Source: Gloeobacterales cyanobacterium
GTDB taxonomy: Bacteria > Cyanobacteriota > Cyanobacteriia > Gloeobacterales > PMM-0068
Assembly: GCA_038245785.1 (NCBI GenBank)
Contig: JBBRSB010000019.1
Coordinates: forward strand, 1 to 64,000
Length of the DNA: 64,000 bases
Reading direction: 5' to 3'
Shown here: positions 19,508 to 28,935 of the stretch, piece after piece
How positions within the stretch are numbered: position 1 is the stretch's first letter
Layout of the letters: each line of letters begins with the position of its first letter
Made by a program: the position numbers and the translations under genes
The notes under the pieces: generated by a model
What the model was told of the DNA's origin: nothing
The model's database searches: none
What the model saw: the letters and a program-made list of their open reading frames with translations, nothing else

Positions 19508-20974
19508 ATGTCTTTGCGCTTAGGTCAACTTCTTTACACCAGTTTCCCCAACGTGGGGTTTCATATTGTCACTAGTCCGGAAGTACCTGCAGAGGCTCGT
19601 CAGGCCTTTGTGCAAAAGGTAACACACCAACTCTGGGATGCTTATAATCCGCCTGATAATGGTTATCGTGCAGTTTATATCTATCAAGAAGGGCTGGACT
19701 GGACTTTATTCGCCTGGTTGTACAACGATGGTGCCGATGATAGGGGACGCAGTCATGTGCCCTATTTCGTTGGTCATTACTTAGCAGGTCCTCTATCGCC
19801 TAAACAGCTAGACAATATTTTTGCATTACTCCGTAAAGGCCCTTCTATGGCCATTGTCCGCCAAGCTCCTCCAGAATACCTGGAAGAAGCGGTTGCTCCA
19901 GACCTATGGGACTATAAGCCTGCTCGGGCAGGGGTTGCTGTCCCAGCGAAGATTTGTAAACAGGCGTACAAGGCCCTGGCTGAGGGCAAATGTGTGGAGA
20001 TATTCGTTTCTGGTAATGATGAGGAGTATGGCTCAGATGCTCACACTACCCTGTCAAATTTAAGTTCAAGCCTGATGATTCGAGATACAGACCAGGAACC
20101 CGGCGTTTTTGCAAACAATCCTAAAGGGGAGTCACTATGGGAAAAAAGTATTTCGCCAGCGTTCATCCTTGGCATTCTGTTCACAGGGGCAACTTGCGGC
20201 TTGCTTGGATATAGCCTACAGCCTAAGCAATCTTTGGTGCAGGAGATTATTACAAAAGCTGAGGTGCCGAATTCTATCCCAGCTCCAGATAGCAACAGAA
20301 TAAAGAAGGATTTACCCAACCGTCAGCCAGCAATTGACAAATCAAAATCATTGTCAGAAATTGCTGTCGCTAACAACTCCCTACCACCATCTCAGAAAAC
20401 CACCGCCCGGAACAATCCGAAGACATCAAGCACTGTAAACGGTAAGGGTACACCAAATCTTTCTAGCCTTGCAAAGCCTTCCAGCGCTCTTCGAAGGTCG
20501 CCTCAAGCTTCACCAACCACGGAGCAACAGCAACTACCTACCCGTGTAAGGTCGCTTCCTACCCAAAAATCGTTACCTAAAACGAGTAATCCTACAGAGG
20601 CCCTAGCCAATGATGAGGAAGCTGATAAGCTCATAGGTCAGAAGTCTTCCTCCCAGGCCTCAGAGGTCGAGCATATGAAGCAAGGTAATGTGACTCCCGC
20701 TGCAATTCCAATTCAGTTGATTCCAATATCGTCCACTGAAAAAACCCTGGAATCCATTGAGATTCCGATGCAGGATGGAACTTCTGTCCCAGCAAATAAG
20801 TTGCTCCACCTTGATACCGTAGCTTGGAAACTGGATCAAGGAAAAACCCGTAAAAAACTAGTAGTACTAGTTAACGAGCTAATGGAGTCAAAAAACTTGA
20901 ATTCTGCCTGTAAGAAGGCAAATGTCAGTTTAGATAGTCTACGCCTTCTGATTAAAAAGTATGGAAATGCCTAG
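19508..20974 (+). CDS. Membrane-anchored hypothetical protein with a conserved cyanobacterial N-terminal domain (GAP1-N2-like)
   Basis: LGQLLYTSFP..GF...WLYNDGADDRGRSHVPYF domain, one TM helix, long P/S/T/K-rich region. Confidence 0.7.
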   Translation: MSLRLGQLLYTSFPNVGFHIVTSPEVPAEARQAFVQKVTHQLWDAYNPPDNGYRAVYIYQEGLDWTLFAWLYNDGADDRGRSHVPYFVGHYLAGPLSPKQLDNIFALLRKGPSMAIVRQAPPEYLEEAVAPDLWDYKPARAGVAVPAKICKQAYKALAEGKCVEIFVSGNDEEYGSDAHTTLSNLSSSLMIRDTDQEPGVFANNPKGESLWEKSISPAFILGILFTGATCGLLGYSLQPKQSLVQEIITKAEVPNSIPAPDSNRIKKDLPNRQPAIDKSKSLSEIAVANNSLPPSQKTTARNNPKTSSTVNGKGTPNLSSLAKPSSALRRSPQASPTTEQQQLPTRVRSLPTQKSLPKTSNPTEALANDEEADKLIGQKSSSQASEVEHMKQGNVTPAAIPIQLIPISSTEKTLESIEIPMQDGTSVPANKLLHLDTVAWKLDQGKTRKKLVVLVNELMESKNLNSACKKANVSLDSLRLLIKKYGNA

Positions 20975-21069
20975 CCTCTCTGGAAGCCAATAGCGGTAGG
21001 TTGAGCCTTTCTGAAGGTTAACAGCTGCCTTTGGTATAGGTTAATTTCCTAGGTCGGTTACCTTAGAAC

Positions 21070-21100
21070 AAAAAAGAGGCCCCCACAGGAGCCCCTTTTC
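21070..21100 (-). terminator. Intrinsic terminator of porin 2
   Basis: Minus strand GAAAAGGGGCTCCTGTGGGGGCCTCTTTTTT: hairpin plus U-tract. Confidence 0.8.
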
Positions 21101-21130
21101 ATCTATTTAAACCCTAGAGTTTAAGCAGAT

Positions 21131-22738
21131 TTAGAAGTTGAATACAGCGCGCAAGGTACCCACAGTGATGGTGGAGTTACCAGCAACGCTATTAGGTTGA
21201 CTGATGAGTTGGACATCAGGAGTCAAGGTGATGCGGTCGTTCAACTTGAAGTTGTAGTACAACTCGTAGTTTGTCTCTGTAGCATTAGGTGCACCAGGAC
21301 CATTGGTTGCTCTCGCTGGCTGGCCCGCTGCAATACCCAAGGTATTACCAGGAGCAAACAAGTCAGGGAAAGCTAATCCAGCCTGCCAGGTGTTCAGATC
21401 ATTATCTCCAAGGCCTAAACCGCCGAAATTCTTCTGTGTACCAAATCCATAGCGTCCGAAGATTCCAAGGCCAGGAGAGACAGCCCATTCAGCGTTTACA
21501 CCAAAGGCATCAGTTTTCTGAGAACCACCGGTGATGATACCGCTGGGTGGTGCAATACCCTGAGTGGTGTAGCTGCTGTACTGAAGCTTGATTTTCGAAG
21601 TCTGAGAAGGACGGAACTCAAGTTCAGCAGAACCAATGGTGTTACCACCGGTGAAGCCGCCAACTCCATTAGATTTACCACCATTAGCAGCAATGTAGGC
21701 TGCACGCAGGCTGAATGAATCGCTAATCTTCCAATCAGCTCCGGCACCAGGACCAGCAAAGATATAGGTGATTAGCGGGTTGTTGATCATGAAGCCGTTG
21801 GAGAAGTCCACTTCTTCGTTGTTCGCGAAGGAGTTGGTATCGATAATCTCGAAGAGGTCGATACGAGGACCGACGAAGATACGGAAATTATCTCCGAACA
21901 GGTTTGTGGTGTAGCGGACTTTGTCGAAGGATACGGTCGCGTTACCGTTGGTTTGCACATTATTTGTGGAACCATCAAAAGATGTACCACCAGTACCACC
22001 AGCAGCTGTGGAACCACCGGCATAGAAGGCGGTTCCTAGGTTATTAGAAATACCAGGGAAGGTTCCAGAGATATCTTGACCTGTTACTCCACGCAGACGA
22101 ACCAACAGTTCATCTTTACCCGTGAAGCTAGCACGGAGGTTCAAAGTGGTACGACCGAAGAAGGTTGTGTTCGCAGAACTACCACCAACGCCATTCACAT
22201 TCCCGCCAGCGCTTCCGCCCTGAACAGCCATGACCACAGAACCATCCAACTTGGTGGTAGTGGAGAACTGGTGTGCTTCCAATTCCTTGGTCTTAGCTTC
22301 TAGAGAGTCAACGCGGCCACGGAGGGTCGCCAATTCAACTTTGAACTCTTCCTGCAAACGCTGAACAGCGGCCAAGTCATCTTTAGTCGCTTTGTCGGCT
22401 GAAGCAGCTGCAATTTGTTCACCAATTTTGTCTAAGCAAGAGTTCAAACCAGCGGCGAACTCATAGCGGCTTAGAGGACGATTACCCAAGTATTTCTTGC
22501 TGGGATAACCTTCGATACAACCGTAGCGCTCAACCAGAGATTTGAGAGCTTGGAAAGCCCACTGGTTAGGATCTACGTCCGTTAATTCAGAAACAGAAGA
22601 TACTTGAGAAACAGAATCAGCTCCCAAGCCCTGAGAATACTGGTCGATTACAGCAGAATCGCCTTCAGCGAAAGCACTGGGTGCTAGGGAAAGGCTGATA
22701 GTCGCTGCTAAAGCTCCCATCAATACAAGTTTTTTCAC
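21131..22738 (-). CDS. SLH-domain OprB-type porin (probably the major porin)
   Basis: Paralog of 17487-19151; GTG at 22738 follows a GAGGAG RBS (track start 22756). Confidence 0.95.
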   Translation of the reverse strand: MKKLVLMGALAATISLSLAPSAFAEGDSAVIDQYSQGLGADSVSQVSSVSELTDVDPNQWAFQALKSLVERYGCIEGYPSKKYLGNRPLSRYEFAAGLNSCLDKIGEQIAAASADKATKDDLAAVQRLQEEFKVELATLRGRVDSLEAKTKELEAHQFSTTTKLDGSVVMAVQGGSAGGNVNGVGGSSANTTFFGRTTLNLRASFTGKDELLVRLRGVTGQDISGTFPGISNNLGTAFYAGGSTAAGGTGGTSFDGSTNNVQTNGNATVSFDKVRYTTNLFGDNFRIFVGPRIDLFEIIDTNSFANNEEVDFSNGFMINNPLITYIFAGPGAGADWKISDSFSLRAAYIAANGGKSNGVGGFTGGNTIGSAELEFRPSQTSKIKLQYSSYTTQGIAPPSGIITGGSQKTDAFGVNAEWAVSPGLGIFGRYGFGTQKNFGGLGLGDNDLNTWQAGLAFPDLFAPGNTLGIAAGQPARATNGPGAPNATETNYELYYNFKLNDRITLTPDVQLISQPNSVAGNSTITVGTLRAVFNF

Positions 22739-22883
22739 TTTGGACTCCTCACTCACTACTTTGAAACAGACGAATGCTACTTAAATAAAGTAGATACATC
22801 CTGTCCAAATACAACGTTAGCGTATTAACGATCTTAGAGCAAGCCTACTTTATCTTTATTTCGCTTCTTCTAAAGACCTAAAA

Positions 22884-23810
22884 TCAAGACTCAGAAGGCC
22901 ATAGATTCTTCATGTAAGTAAATTCACCTAGAAACTTTACTTCCGGCTGGAGAAGGACCTGCCAACGCTCCCAGACCTTCTCCTGAACGTACTTCATTAA
23001 GTCAATAATGTCCTGTGCCGTAGCTCCTTCTCTGTTCAAAAAGAAGTTTGCATGAAGTTCAGAAACTTCTACTCCCCCAATGCGGGTACCCTTGAGGCCA
23101 GTATGTTCAATCAGCCAACCCGCCCCATGAGGTTTAGGATTGCGGAAAACACTGCCACAAGTAGGAAAACCAGCCGGTTGTGTTGTCTTTCGATAATGAT
23201 TACAGCGCTCCACATGAGCCTCACAAACCTTCGGGTCTTGTCCTCCTGACAAATGGAGCGTAGCTTCCAACACCACATAGTCCACTTTGGATTGGAGAGA
23301 AGAAGTCCGGTAGCTATATTTCAAGTCTTCAGCCGTCCAGATTTCCACATGCCCCTCAGGCGTCATGACCTGGAGGCTGACCACCGATTCAGCCATATCC
23401 TGCCCGTGGGCCCCACAGTTCATCACGACGCCGCCACCGACAGAACCGGGGATTCCCACAGCCCATTCCATACCTCCTAGCCCTAGCCTCGCTGTCTTGA
23501 TCGCGAGTTTTGCCAGGGAAACTCCCGCCGCAACGCGGACGAGATCTCCTTCAACTTGCATGTGCTGCAGGGAGCGCAAGCAAACTACCAATCCACGAAT
23601 TCCTTGGTCGCTTACCAAGACATTACTGCCGAAACCCAACCATGTAATTGGAAGATCGTTTTCTTTGGCCCAGATCAAAGCCGATTGCAGTTCCGGGATG
23701 CTTTTGGGTTGGATAAACCATTGAGCACACCCTCCAACTTGATAAGCGGTAAAGGGTGCTAGCACTACAGAAGATTGAATCATTGGAAGAGCAGGAGCGA
23801 ACATCACCAT
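22884..23810 (-). CDS. murB: UDP-N-acetylenolpyruvoylglucosamine reductase
   Basis: G.GSNVLVSD.G, GIPGSVGG.V.MN.GA, GSVFRNP, HANF. Confidence 0.96.
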   Translation of the reverse strand: MVMFAPALPMIQSSVVLAPFTAYQVGGCAQWFIQPKSIPELQSALIWAKENDLPITWLGFGSNVLVSDQGIRGLVVCLRSLQHMQVEGDLVRVAAGVSLAKLAIKTARLGLGGMEWAVGIPGSVGGGVVMNCGAHGQDMAESVVSLQVMTPEGHVEIWTAEDLKYSYRTSSLQSKVDYVVLEATLHLSGGQDPKVCEAHVERCNHYRKTTQPAGFPTCGSVFRNPKPHGAGWLIEHTGLKGTRIGGVEVSELHANFFLNREGATAQDIIDLMKYVQEKVWERWQVLLQPEVKFLGEFTYMKNLWPSES

Positions 23811-25300
23811 TACATCCGCATAGTTTCAGGAGCACGTTCACTGTGCTCTTCTTTTATTTTTGGCTGTTCTTTAGCCGGTTGTTCCTTTGTACTGGCAGGC
23901 TCAAGCTGCAGCAGTTCTGAAATTACTGTATTGATGTTACCGGCCCCTAGAAATACGGCCATATCGCCGGGATGCAGATTGCGCTGCAACCATTGGGAGA
24001 CGTCTCCCAGACTGGGGCAATAGTGGACTTGGGTATGGTGCTGGCGTACAGCATCCGCGACGTGACTGCCATCAAGACCTGAATAAGTCTCGCCTGCACT
24101 GTAGATATCCGTAAGGACAACGACATCGGCATCCTTAAAGGCCGTGCTAAATTCTGTGAACAGAGCCTTTGTCCGCGTATAACGATGGGGTTGAAAAATA
24201 GCCACTATCCGACGGCCAGGATGGAGTTTAGCGGTGGCTAAAGTAGCCCGGATTTCGCTGGGATGGTGCGCATAGTCATCGATGAAAACTACGCCATCTC
24301 GTTGGCCCCGTTCTTGGAAACGACGCTGTGCCCCCTGGAAGTGCTTTAGGGATTGGGCAATAATCGAGAAAGGTAAGCCTAATTTGCGAGCAACAGCAAC
24401 TACGGCAAGAGCATTACTAAGATTGTGACGACCTAATACGCCCAATTCAAGAATTCCCAGCATCTCTTCTCTTTCGCCTTTGCCTTCCCCTGTTTTTTCC
24501 CAGATCCGGGCCTTGGTGCATTCAGCCCCATAGTGAACCTCGTCTGCTCGGAACTGAGCTAAAGGATGGTTGTCTAGGCTGTACCCGGTCCAAGGAATAG
24601 TGCTAGCAGGAATTAAACGCTCGGTAATATTGGCATCATCTAAGCAGGCAACCCAGTGTCTACTCTGCGCAATAAATTGCTGAAAGGTCTCGACGATATC
24701 ATCAATGCCTGCATAGTGGTCTAAGTGGTCTGCCTCCACATTGGTTACTACGGCAATCTCAGGATGAAAATGGAGCAAAGAACGGTCTGATTCATCTACT
24801 TCCGCGACCAAATATTCTCCACTCCCTGGTTTGGCATTGCCTCCTAGGGAATCCACCTGTGCCCCGATCACCACCATCGGATCAAAATCAGCATCACAGA
24901 GCAAGGAGCCCATCATGCTAGTAGTAGTGGTCTTGCCATGGGTGCCCGAGATGCCGATCAGTTTTTTAGAAAAGCTTAAGGCGGCTAAAACCTGAGCCCG
25001 ATGGAGGATTTCAATTCCCAATTCCCGAGAACGCTTTAGTTCAGGATCATCGTCTGCAATCGCGGTGGAATAGACCACCTGATCAACGCCGTCTATGACT
25101 TCAGGACTGTGACCGATGTGGATAGAGACCCCATGGGCCTTTAGCTTTTTTGTTTGAGCGTTGCACTGTATGTCAGAGCCGGAGACTTTGTACCCGCCTT
25201 TCGCGAGCAGGAAGGCTAGGCCAGACATCCCAATCCCCCCAATGCCGATAAAGTGAATAGAATGCTTCAGGGTGGGGCTGCATTGGGTTTGGGTGGTCAT
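23810..25300 (-). CDS. murC: UDP-N-acetylmuramate--L-alanine ligase
   Basis: HFIGIGGIGMSG, GTHGKTTT, EVDESD, DDYAHHP, FQPHRYTR. Confidence 0.97.
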   Translation of the reverse strand: MTTQTQCSPTLKHSIHFIGIGGIGMSGLAFLLAKGGYKVSGSDIQCNAQTKKLKAHGVSIHIGHSPEVIDGVDQVVYSTAIADDDPELKRSRELGIEILHRAQVLAALSFSKKLIGISGTHGKTTTTSMMGSLLCDADFDPMVVIGAQVDSLGGNAKPGSGEYLVAEVDESDRSLLHFHPEIAVVTNVEADHLDHYAGIDDIVETFQQFIAQSRHWVACLDDANITERLIPASTIPWTGYSLDNHPLAQFRADEVHYGAECTKARIWEKTGEGKGEREEMLGILELGVLGRHNLSNALAVVAVARKLGLPFSIIAQSLKHFQGAQRRFQERGQRDGVVFIDDYAHHPSEIRATLATAKLHPGRRIVAIFQPHRYTRTKALFTEFSTAFKDADVVVLTDIYSAGETYSGLDGSHVADAVRQHHTQVHYCPSLGDVSQWLQRNLHPGDMAVFLGAGNINTVISELLQLEPASTKEQPAKEQPKIKEEHSERAPETMRM

Positions 25301-25495
25301 TCCTCAACACCATATATGGGGGACTAGAGAAGGATTCCTATTCATACTCTATCGAGTAGATAAATAGGGAAGAACTAATAGAAGCACACAGGCGATAGCC
25401 TCTTTACCGAGAGTACTATACCGCACGATTCAGCGTATTCGGTAGTTTTCAAAAGAGTTCTTTTACTATAGGTAGTACCCCTAGCCATTGATGCT

Positions 25496-26125
25496 ATGTC
25501 TGAACCCCAAATAGCGTGCTCGAAAGATCCACGGGCGTCCAACGTTCTCACCTGGCTGCAAGCCTATGTCTCGCCCAAGCGACTGAGGCATATTCTGGGT
25601 GTCGAGAAAACGGCTCATGCTTTGGCGCTCCATCATCACGAAGATGCCCAAAAGGCTTCCTGGGCCGGTTTACTGCACGATTTAGCCAAACATTTTTCCT
25701 CGGAAAAGCTCCTGACAGAAGCGTATCGTCTGGGCGTAGAAGTAGACCCTGTGTGTCAAAAAAATCCGCACCTGCTCCACGCTGACATCGGTGCCGCCCT
25801 GGCCCAAGAACTCTTCGGAGAGGAGGATGCCCAAGTTCTTCAAGCGATTGCGAACCACACCTTAGGCAATCCAGACATGGACCGCTTGAGCCAAATTCTT
25901 TATTTGGCGGATTGGATCGAACCGATGAGGAAAGGACCGGATGTAGAGCACTTACGTACGCTAGCCTGGGATAATTTGGAAGAGGCTACGATGGTAGGCT
26001 GTCTCTATGTGCTGGAAGACTTAACCAAACATGGTCAACCGATCCATCCACGCACCCAACAGACCTATGACGGGCTTACAGAGAAGCTCACGCTAGCCAA
26101 ACTGTCCAATACCCCTATGGAGTGA
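25496..26125 (+). CDS. yqeK: YqeK HD-family Ap4A hydrolase
   Basis: [28 protein letters not shown]; upstream of rsfS. Confidence 0.9.
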   Translation: MSEPQIACSKDPRASNVLTWLQAYVSPKRLRHILGVEKTAHALALHHHEDAQKASWAGLLHDLAKHFSSEKLLTEAYRLGVEVDPVCQKNPHLLHADIGAALAQELFGEEDAQVLQAIANHTLGNPDMDRLSQILYLADWIEPMRKGPDVEHLRTLAWDNLEEATMVGCLYVLEDLTKHGQPIHPRTQQTYDGLTEKLTLAKLSNTPME

Positions 26126-26135
26126 CCCTAAATCC

Positions 26136-26519
26136 TTGAGTGAACTATCTTCCCTGGACCTTGCTAATACCTGCGCCCAGGCTGCCGACGAACGTAAAGG
26201 CCAAGAAATCCTGTTGATTGAAGTGGGAAAGGCATCGATCATTGCCGATTATTTTGTAGTAGTCACTGGCCAATCCCGAACCCAAGTCCGGGCCATTGCC
26301 AAGGGAATCGAGGATGCGATGGAGGTCAATCATGACCGTAAGCCCACGCATATCGAAGGATCCTCAGAGGCTAGTTGGGTCTTACAAGATTTTGGGGATG
26401 TCATTGTCCAGATTTTCTTGCCCCCGGAGCGCGCATTTTATCAACTAGAAGCCTTTTGGGGTCAAGTCCCTCAGACGCCTTACCAGTCGGATACTCATCC
26501 GCTGCCTCAGCTAAATTAA
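26136..26519 (+). CDS. rsfS: Ribosome silencing factor
   Basis: [28 protein letters not shown]...R.FYQLE.FW. Confidence 0.95.
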   Translation: MSELSSLDLANTCAQAADERKGQEILLIEVGKASIIADYFVVVTGQSRTQVRAIAKGIEDAMEVNHDRKPTHIEGSSEASWVLQDFGDVIVQIFLPPERAFYQLEAFWGQVPQTPYQSDTHPLPQLN

Positions 26520-26548
26520 CAGACCAAATCAAATAAGGACCCAATTCT

Positions 26549-27007
26549 ATGGAACGGCACTCTGTGGCCTCAGTGATGACGGCAAATCCCTTCACAACCA
26601 CTCCAAAAACTCCGATCGCTGAAGTGGTGCAATTGCTCTCAGAAAAGCGGATTAGCGGGCTGCCCGTGGTCGACGAGCAGGGTTTTTTGGTGGGCATTAT
26701 TTCTGAAACGGACCTCCTCTGGCAGGAACGAGGGGCCACGCCTCCCAATTTTCTGTTTATTTTGGATGCGGTGATCCCTCTAGAAGTTCCTGGACACTTT
26801 GTGCAGGAACTTCGAAAAGTGCTGGGCAGCACCGTGGCTGAGGTGATGACCAAAAATCCGGTAACCATCCATCCAGACCAAACGGCGCAAGAAGCTGCTC
26901 AAATCATGATGGACAAGAAAATCCATCGCCTGCCCGTTGTGGATGAGAACAAAGCCTTAGTGGGTATTGTCACCCGAGGGGATATTGTCCGGGCCATGGC
27001 TCGCTAG
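26549..27007 (+). CDS. CBS-domain protein
   Basis: Tandem CBS pair (ISGLPVVD...GIISETDL; IHRLPVVD...GIVTRGDI). Confidence 0.93.
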   Translation: MERHSVASVMTANPFTTTPKTPIAEVVQLLSEKRISGLPVVDEQGFLVGIISETDLLWQERGATPPNFLFILDAVIPLEVPGHFVQELRKVLGSTVAEVMTKNPVTIHPDQTAQEAAQIMMDKKIHRLPVVDENKALVGIVTRGDIVRAMAR

Positions 27008-27808
27008 GAGAGGTTCATTCTGAACCAACGCCACTAGATAGGCTGCGGAGAATAAAGACTGAACAAAGACCAAAGCGACGATGCCTAAAATATTGGTTAG
27101 GGCTAAGAGTAAAAAGGCTAGGCCCCAAGCCAGCAAGTTCAGCAGCGCTAGAGGCAAAATGGCGGTCCATCGAGACCAGAATGAAACAAAATTGCGCTGC
27201 AAAGATTTGAATACTTTCCCTTCTTCCAGCACTAGGGAAGCTTTCCAGGGAATCAGAAACAAATTAAGGCCAAGCGTACTGACGAATGCCCCCCAGGTAG
27301 CAATATTGAGCTGATTTACAACAGGTTCTAAGTTCTTGGGGACAGCAAATCCTTCAGGAGAAAGTTTGCCCTGATTTATCTTTTGAGAAAAGTCCTCGGC
27401 CAAGGCCTGCAGCTGCTGTAGTTCTTGAATGCTGGTAGTACTCCGGGACCAAGAAGACCAGGCCAGAATAATGCCGACAATGGCTGACCAGTAGATAGCT
27501 TCTAAGCCGACCATGGGTAGGAACCAGCGTCCAATGCCCTCAAGAAAGGTATCTAAGCTGCTGTTTTTTTCTTGATTATCTTTTTTTTGTACGTCCTTCC
27601 TTCTTAGCGTCTGGAGCGCCTGTTCATGGAACCCTCCAGCAAAGGCTGTCCAGAGGAGCAAAACACCCAAAAGAATCAGCGGGTTTCTGTCCGATAGTGC
27701 GACGAGAAAAAGCGTCACTACATACAAAAGACTGTAGGGAGCCCAAAGTAAAGGGTGGGTTTTGAATAGGTCCCAGGTTTCCCTGAGCACAGAAGAAAGG
27801 GTGGTCAT
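26957..27808 (-). CDS. Hypothetical integral membrane protein
   Basis: 283-aa ORF with about six hydrophobic segments; 3' end overlaps the CBS gene by 51 nt. Confidence 0.75.
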   Translation of the reverse strand: MTTLSSVLRETWDLFKTHPLLWAPYSLLYVVTLFLVALSDRNPLILLGVLLLWTAFAGGFHEQALQTLRRKDVQKKDNQEKNSSLDTFLEGIGRWFLPMVGLEAIYWSAIVGIILAWSSWSRSTTSIQELQQLQALAEDFSQKINQGKLSPEGFAVPKNLEPVVNQLNIATWGAFVSTLGLNLFLIPWKASLVLEEGKVFKSLQRNFVSFWSRWTAILPLALLNLLAWGLAFLLLALTNILGIVALVFVQSLFSAAYLVALVQNEPLLASHGPDNIPSGDNTH

Positions 27809-27904
27809 TGGTGGAGACTAAGGTGCCTCTATCCTAGCAGTGAGCCTGTTGGGCTAGGCGAGGCAAGCCTTACCCTGGCTCTACTTCATGGCCGCTTTTT
27901 GTGT

Positions 27905-28123
27905 TTAATGCTGATTGGTTTCCCGGTAATTGGCATTGAGCCAGCATTGGGGCAGGGGTTCGCCAGAAAGAAACATCAGTTCTGATTTGCTCATTGCTTC
28001 TGGGTCTTGTAATTCTTCCCCTGCATGAAAACGGCCGGTGATTTCGTGCTTGCATGGATCGAATAGGTCAGACAGATCCAAAACTTCGATTAACTCATGG
28101 TTCTCTTTATGGCTTAGGAACAT
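27905..28123 (-). CDS. Small conserved cyanobacterial hypothetical protein
   Basis: GRFHAGEELQDPE...SGEPLPQCW motif; AGAGGA RBS upstream. Confidence 0.85.
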   Translation of the reverse strand: MFLSHKENHELIEVLDLSDLFDPCKHEITGRFHAGEELQDPEAMSKSELMFLSGEPLPQCWLNANYRETNQH

Positions 28124-28242
28124 AAGAACTTCCTCTTGCGAAGGGCTAGGGTATTTCTATCTCTATTTTTAATGATGAATTTGGGGATGGGACAGAATCT
28201 TCTTAAATCCTTATGCCTCGCCATCTTTGTACAATAGAGCCT

Positions 28243-28923
28243 ATGAACGCTGTAGTTTTGCTGTCTGGGGGCTTAGATTCGACAACGGTCGCTTATCTTG
28301 CCAAAAGTGAAGGTTATACCCTCTATGCCTTGTCCTTTGACTATCATCAACGGCACCGGAGGGAACTGGCAGCGGCTAAAGCTGTAGCTGAAGCCGTGGG
28401 GGTAGAAGAACATCGATTAGTCTCTTTTGACTTGGGTTTATGGGGGGGGTCTGCCCTGACCGATGATGCGCTGGAAGTGCCGCTGCATCGTAGTGCAGAG
28501 ACGATGACCACATCTATCCCAATCACCTACGTTCCGGCCCGCAATACTATTTTTCTGAGCTTCGCTTTGGGTTATGGCGAGGTGGTTGGAGCCCAAGCCG
28601 TCTTCGCCGGGATGAATGCCCTAGACTATTCTGGCTATCCCGATTGTCGCCCCGATTATCTGGCGGCCATGGAAGAGGTATTCCGTTTGGGCAGTAAAGA
28701 GGGAAGAGAGGGGACCCCAATCAAAATTTTGACCCCTCTGATTCAAAAAACGAAGCGCGAAATCGTGGAATGGGGAAATACGCTCCAGGTTCCGTGGGCG
28801 TTGACCTATAGTTGCTATCAGGGGAATGCGGATTCCTGTGGCGTCTGTGATAGCTGCACCCTACGTCTGAACGCTTTTAGAGAGGCAGGATTAGTAGACC
28901 CGATTGCTTACGCGAAACTTTAA
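28243..28923 (+). CDS. queC: 7-cyano-7-deazaguanine synthase
   Basis: VLLSGGLDS, TYVPARN, SGYPDCR, SCY...CGVCDSC. Confidence 0.96.
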   Translation: MNAVVLLSGGLDSTTVAYLAKSEGYTLYALSFDYHQRHRRELAAAKAVAEAVGVEEHRLVSFDLGLWGGSALTDDALEVPLHRSAETMTTSIPITYVPARNTIFLSFALGYGEVVGAQAVFAGMNALDYSGYPDCRPDYLAAMEEVFRLGSKEGREGTPIKILTPLIQKTKREIVEWGNTLQVPWALTYSCYQGNADSCGVCDSCTLRLNAFREAGLVDPIAYAKL

Positions 28924-28935
28924 GGCCCTAGAACC

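Noticed and set aside
23855..23900. KEQP repeat in the MurC C-terminal tail
   Set aside because: Two short imperfect copies in a low-complexity tail; no functional evidence
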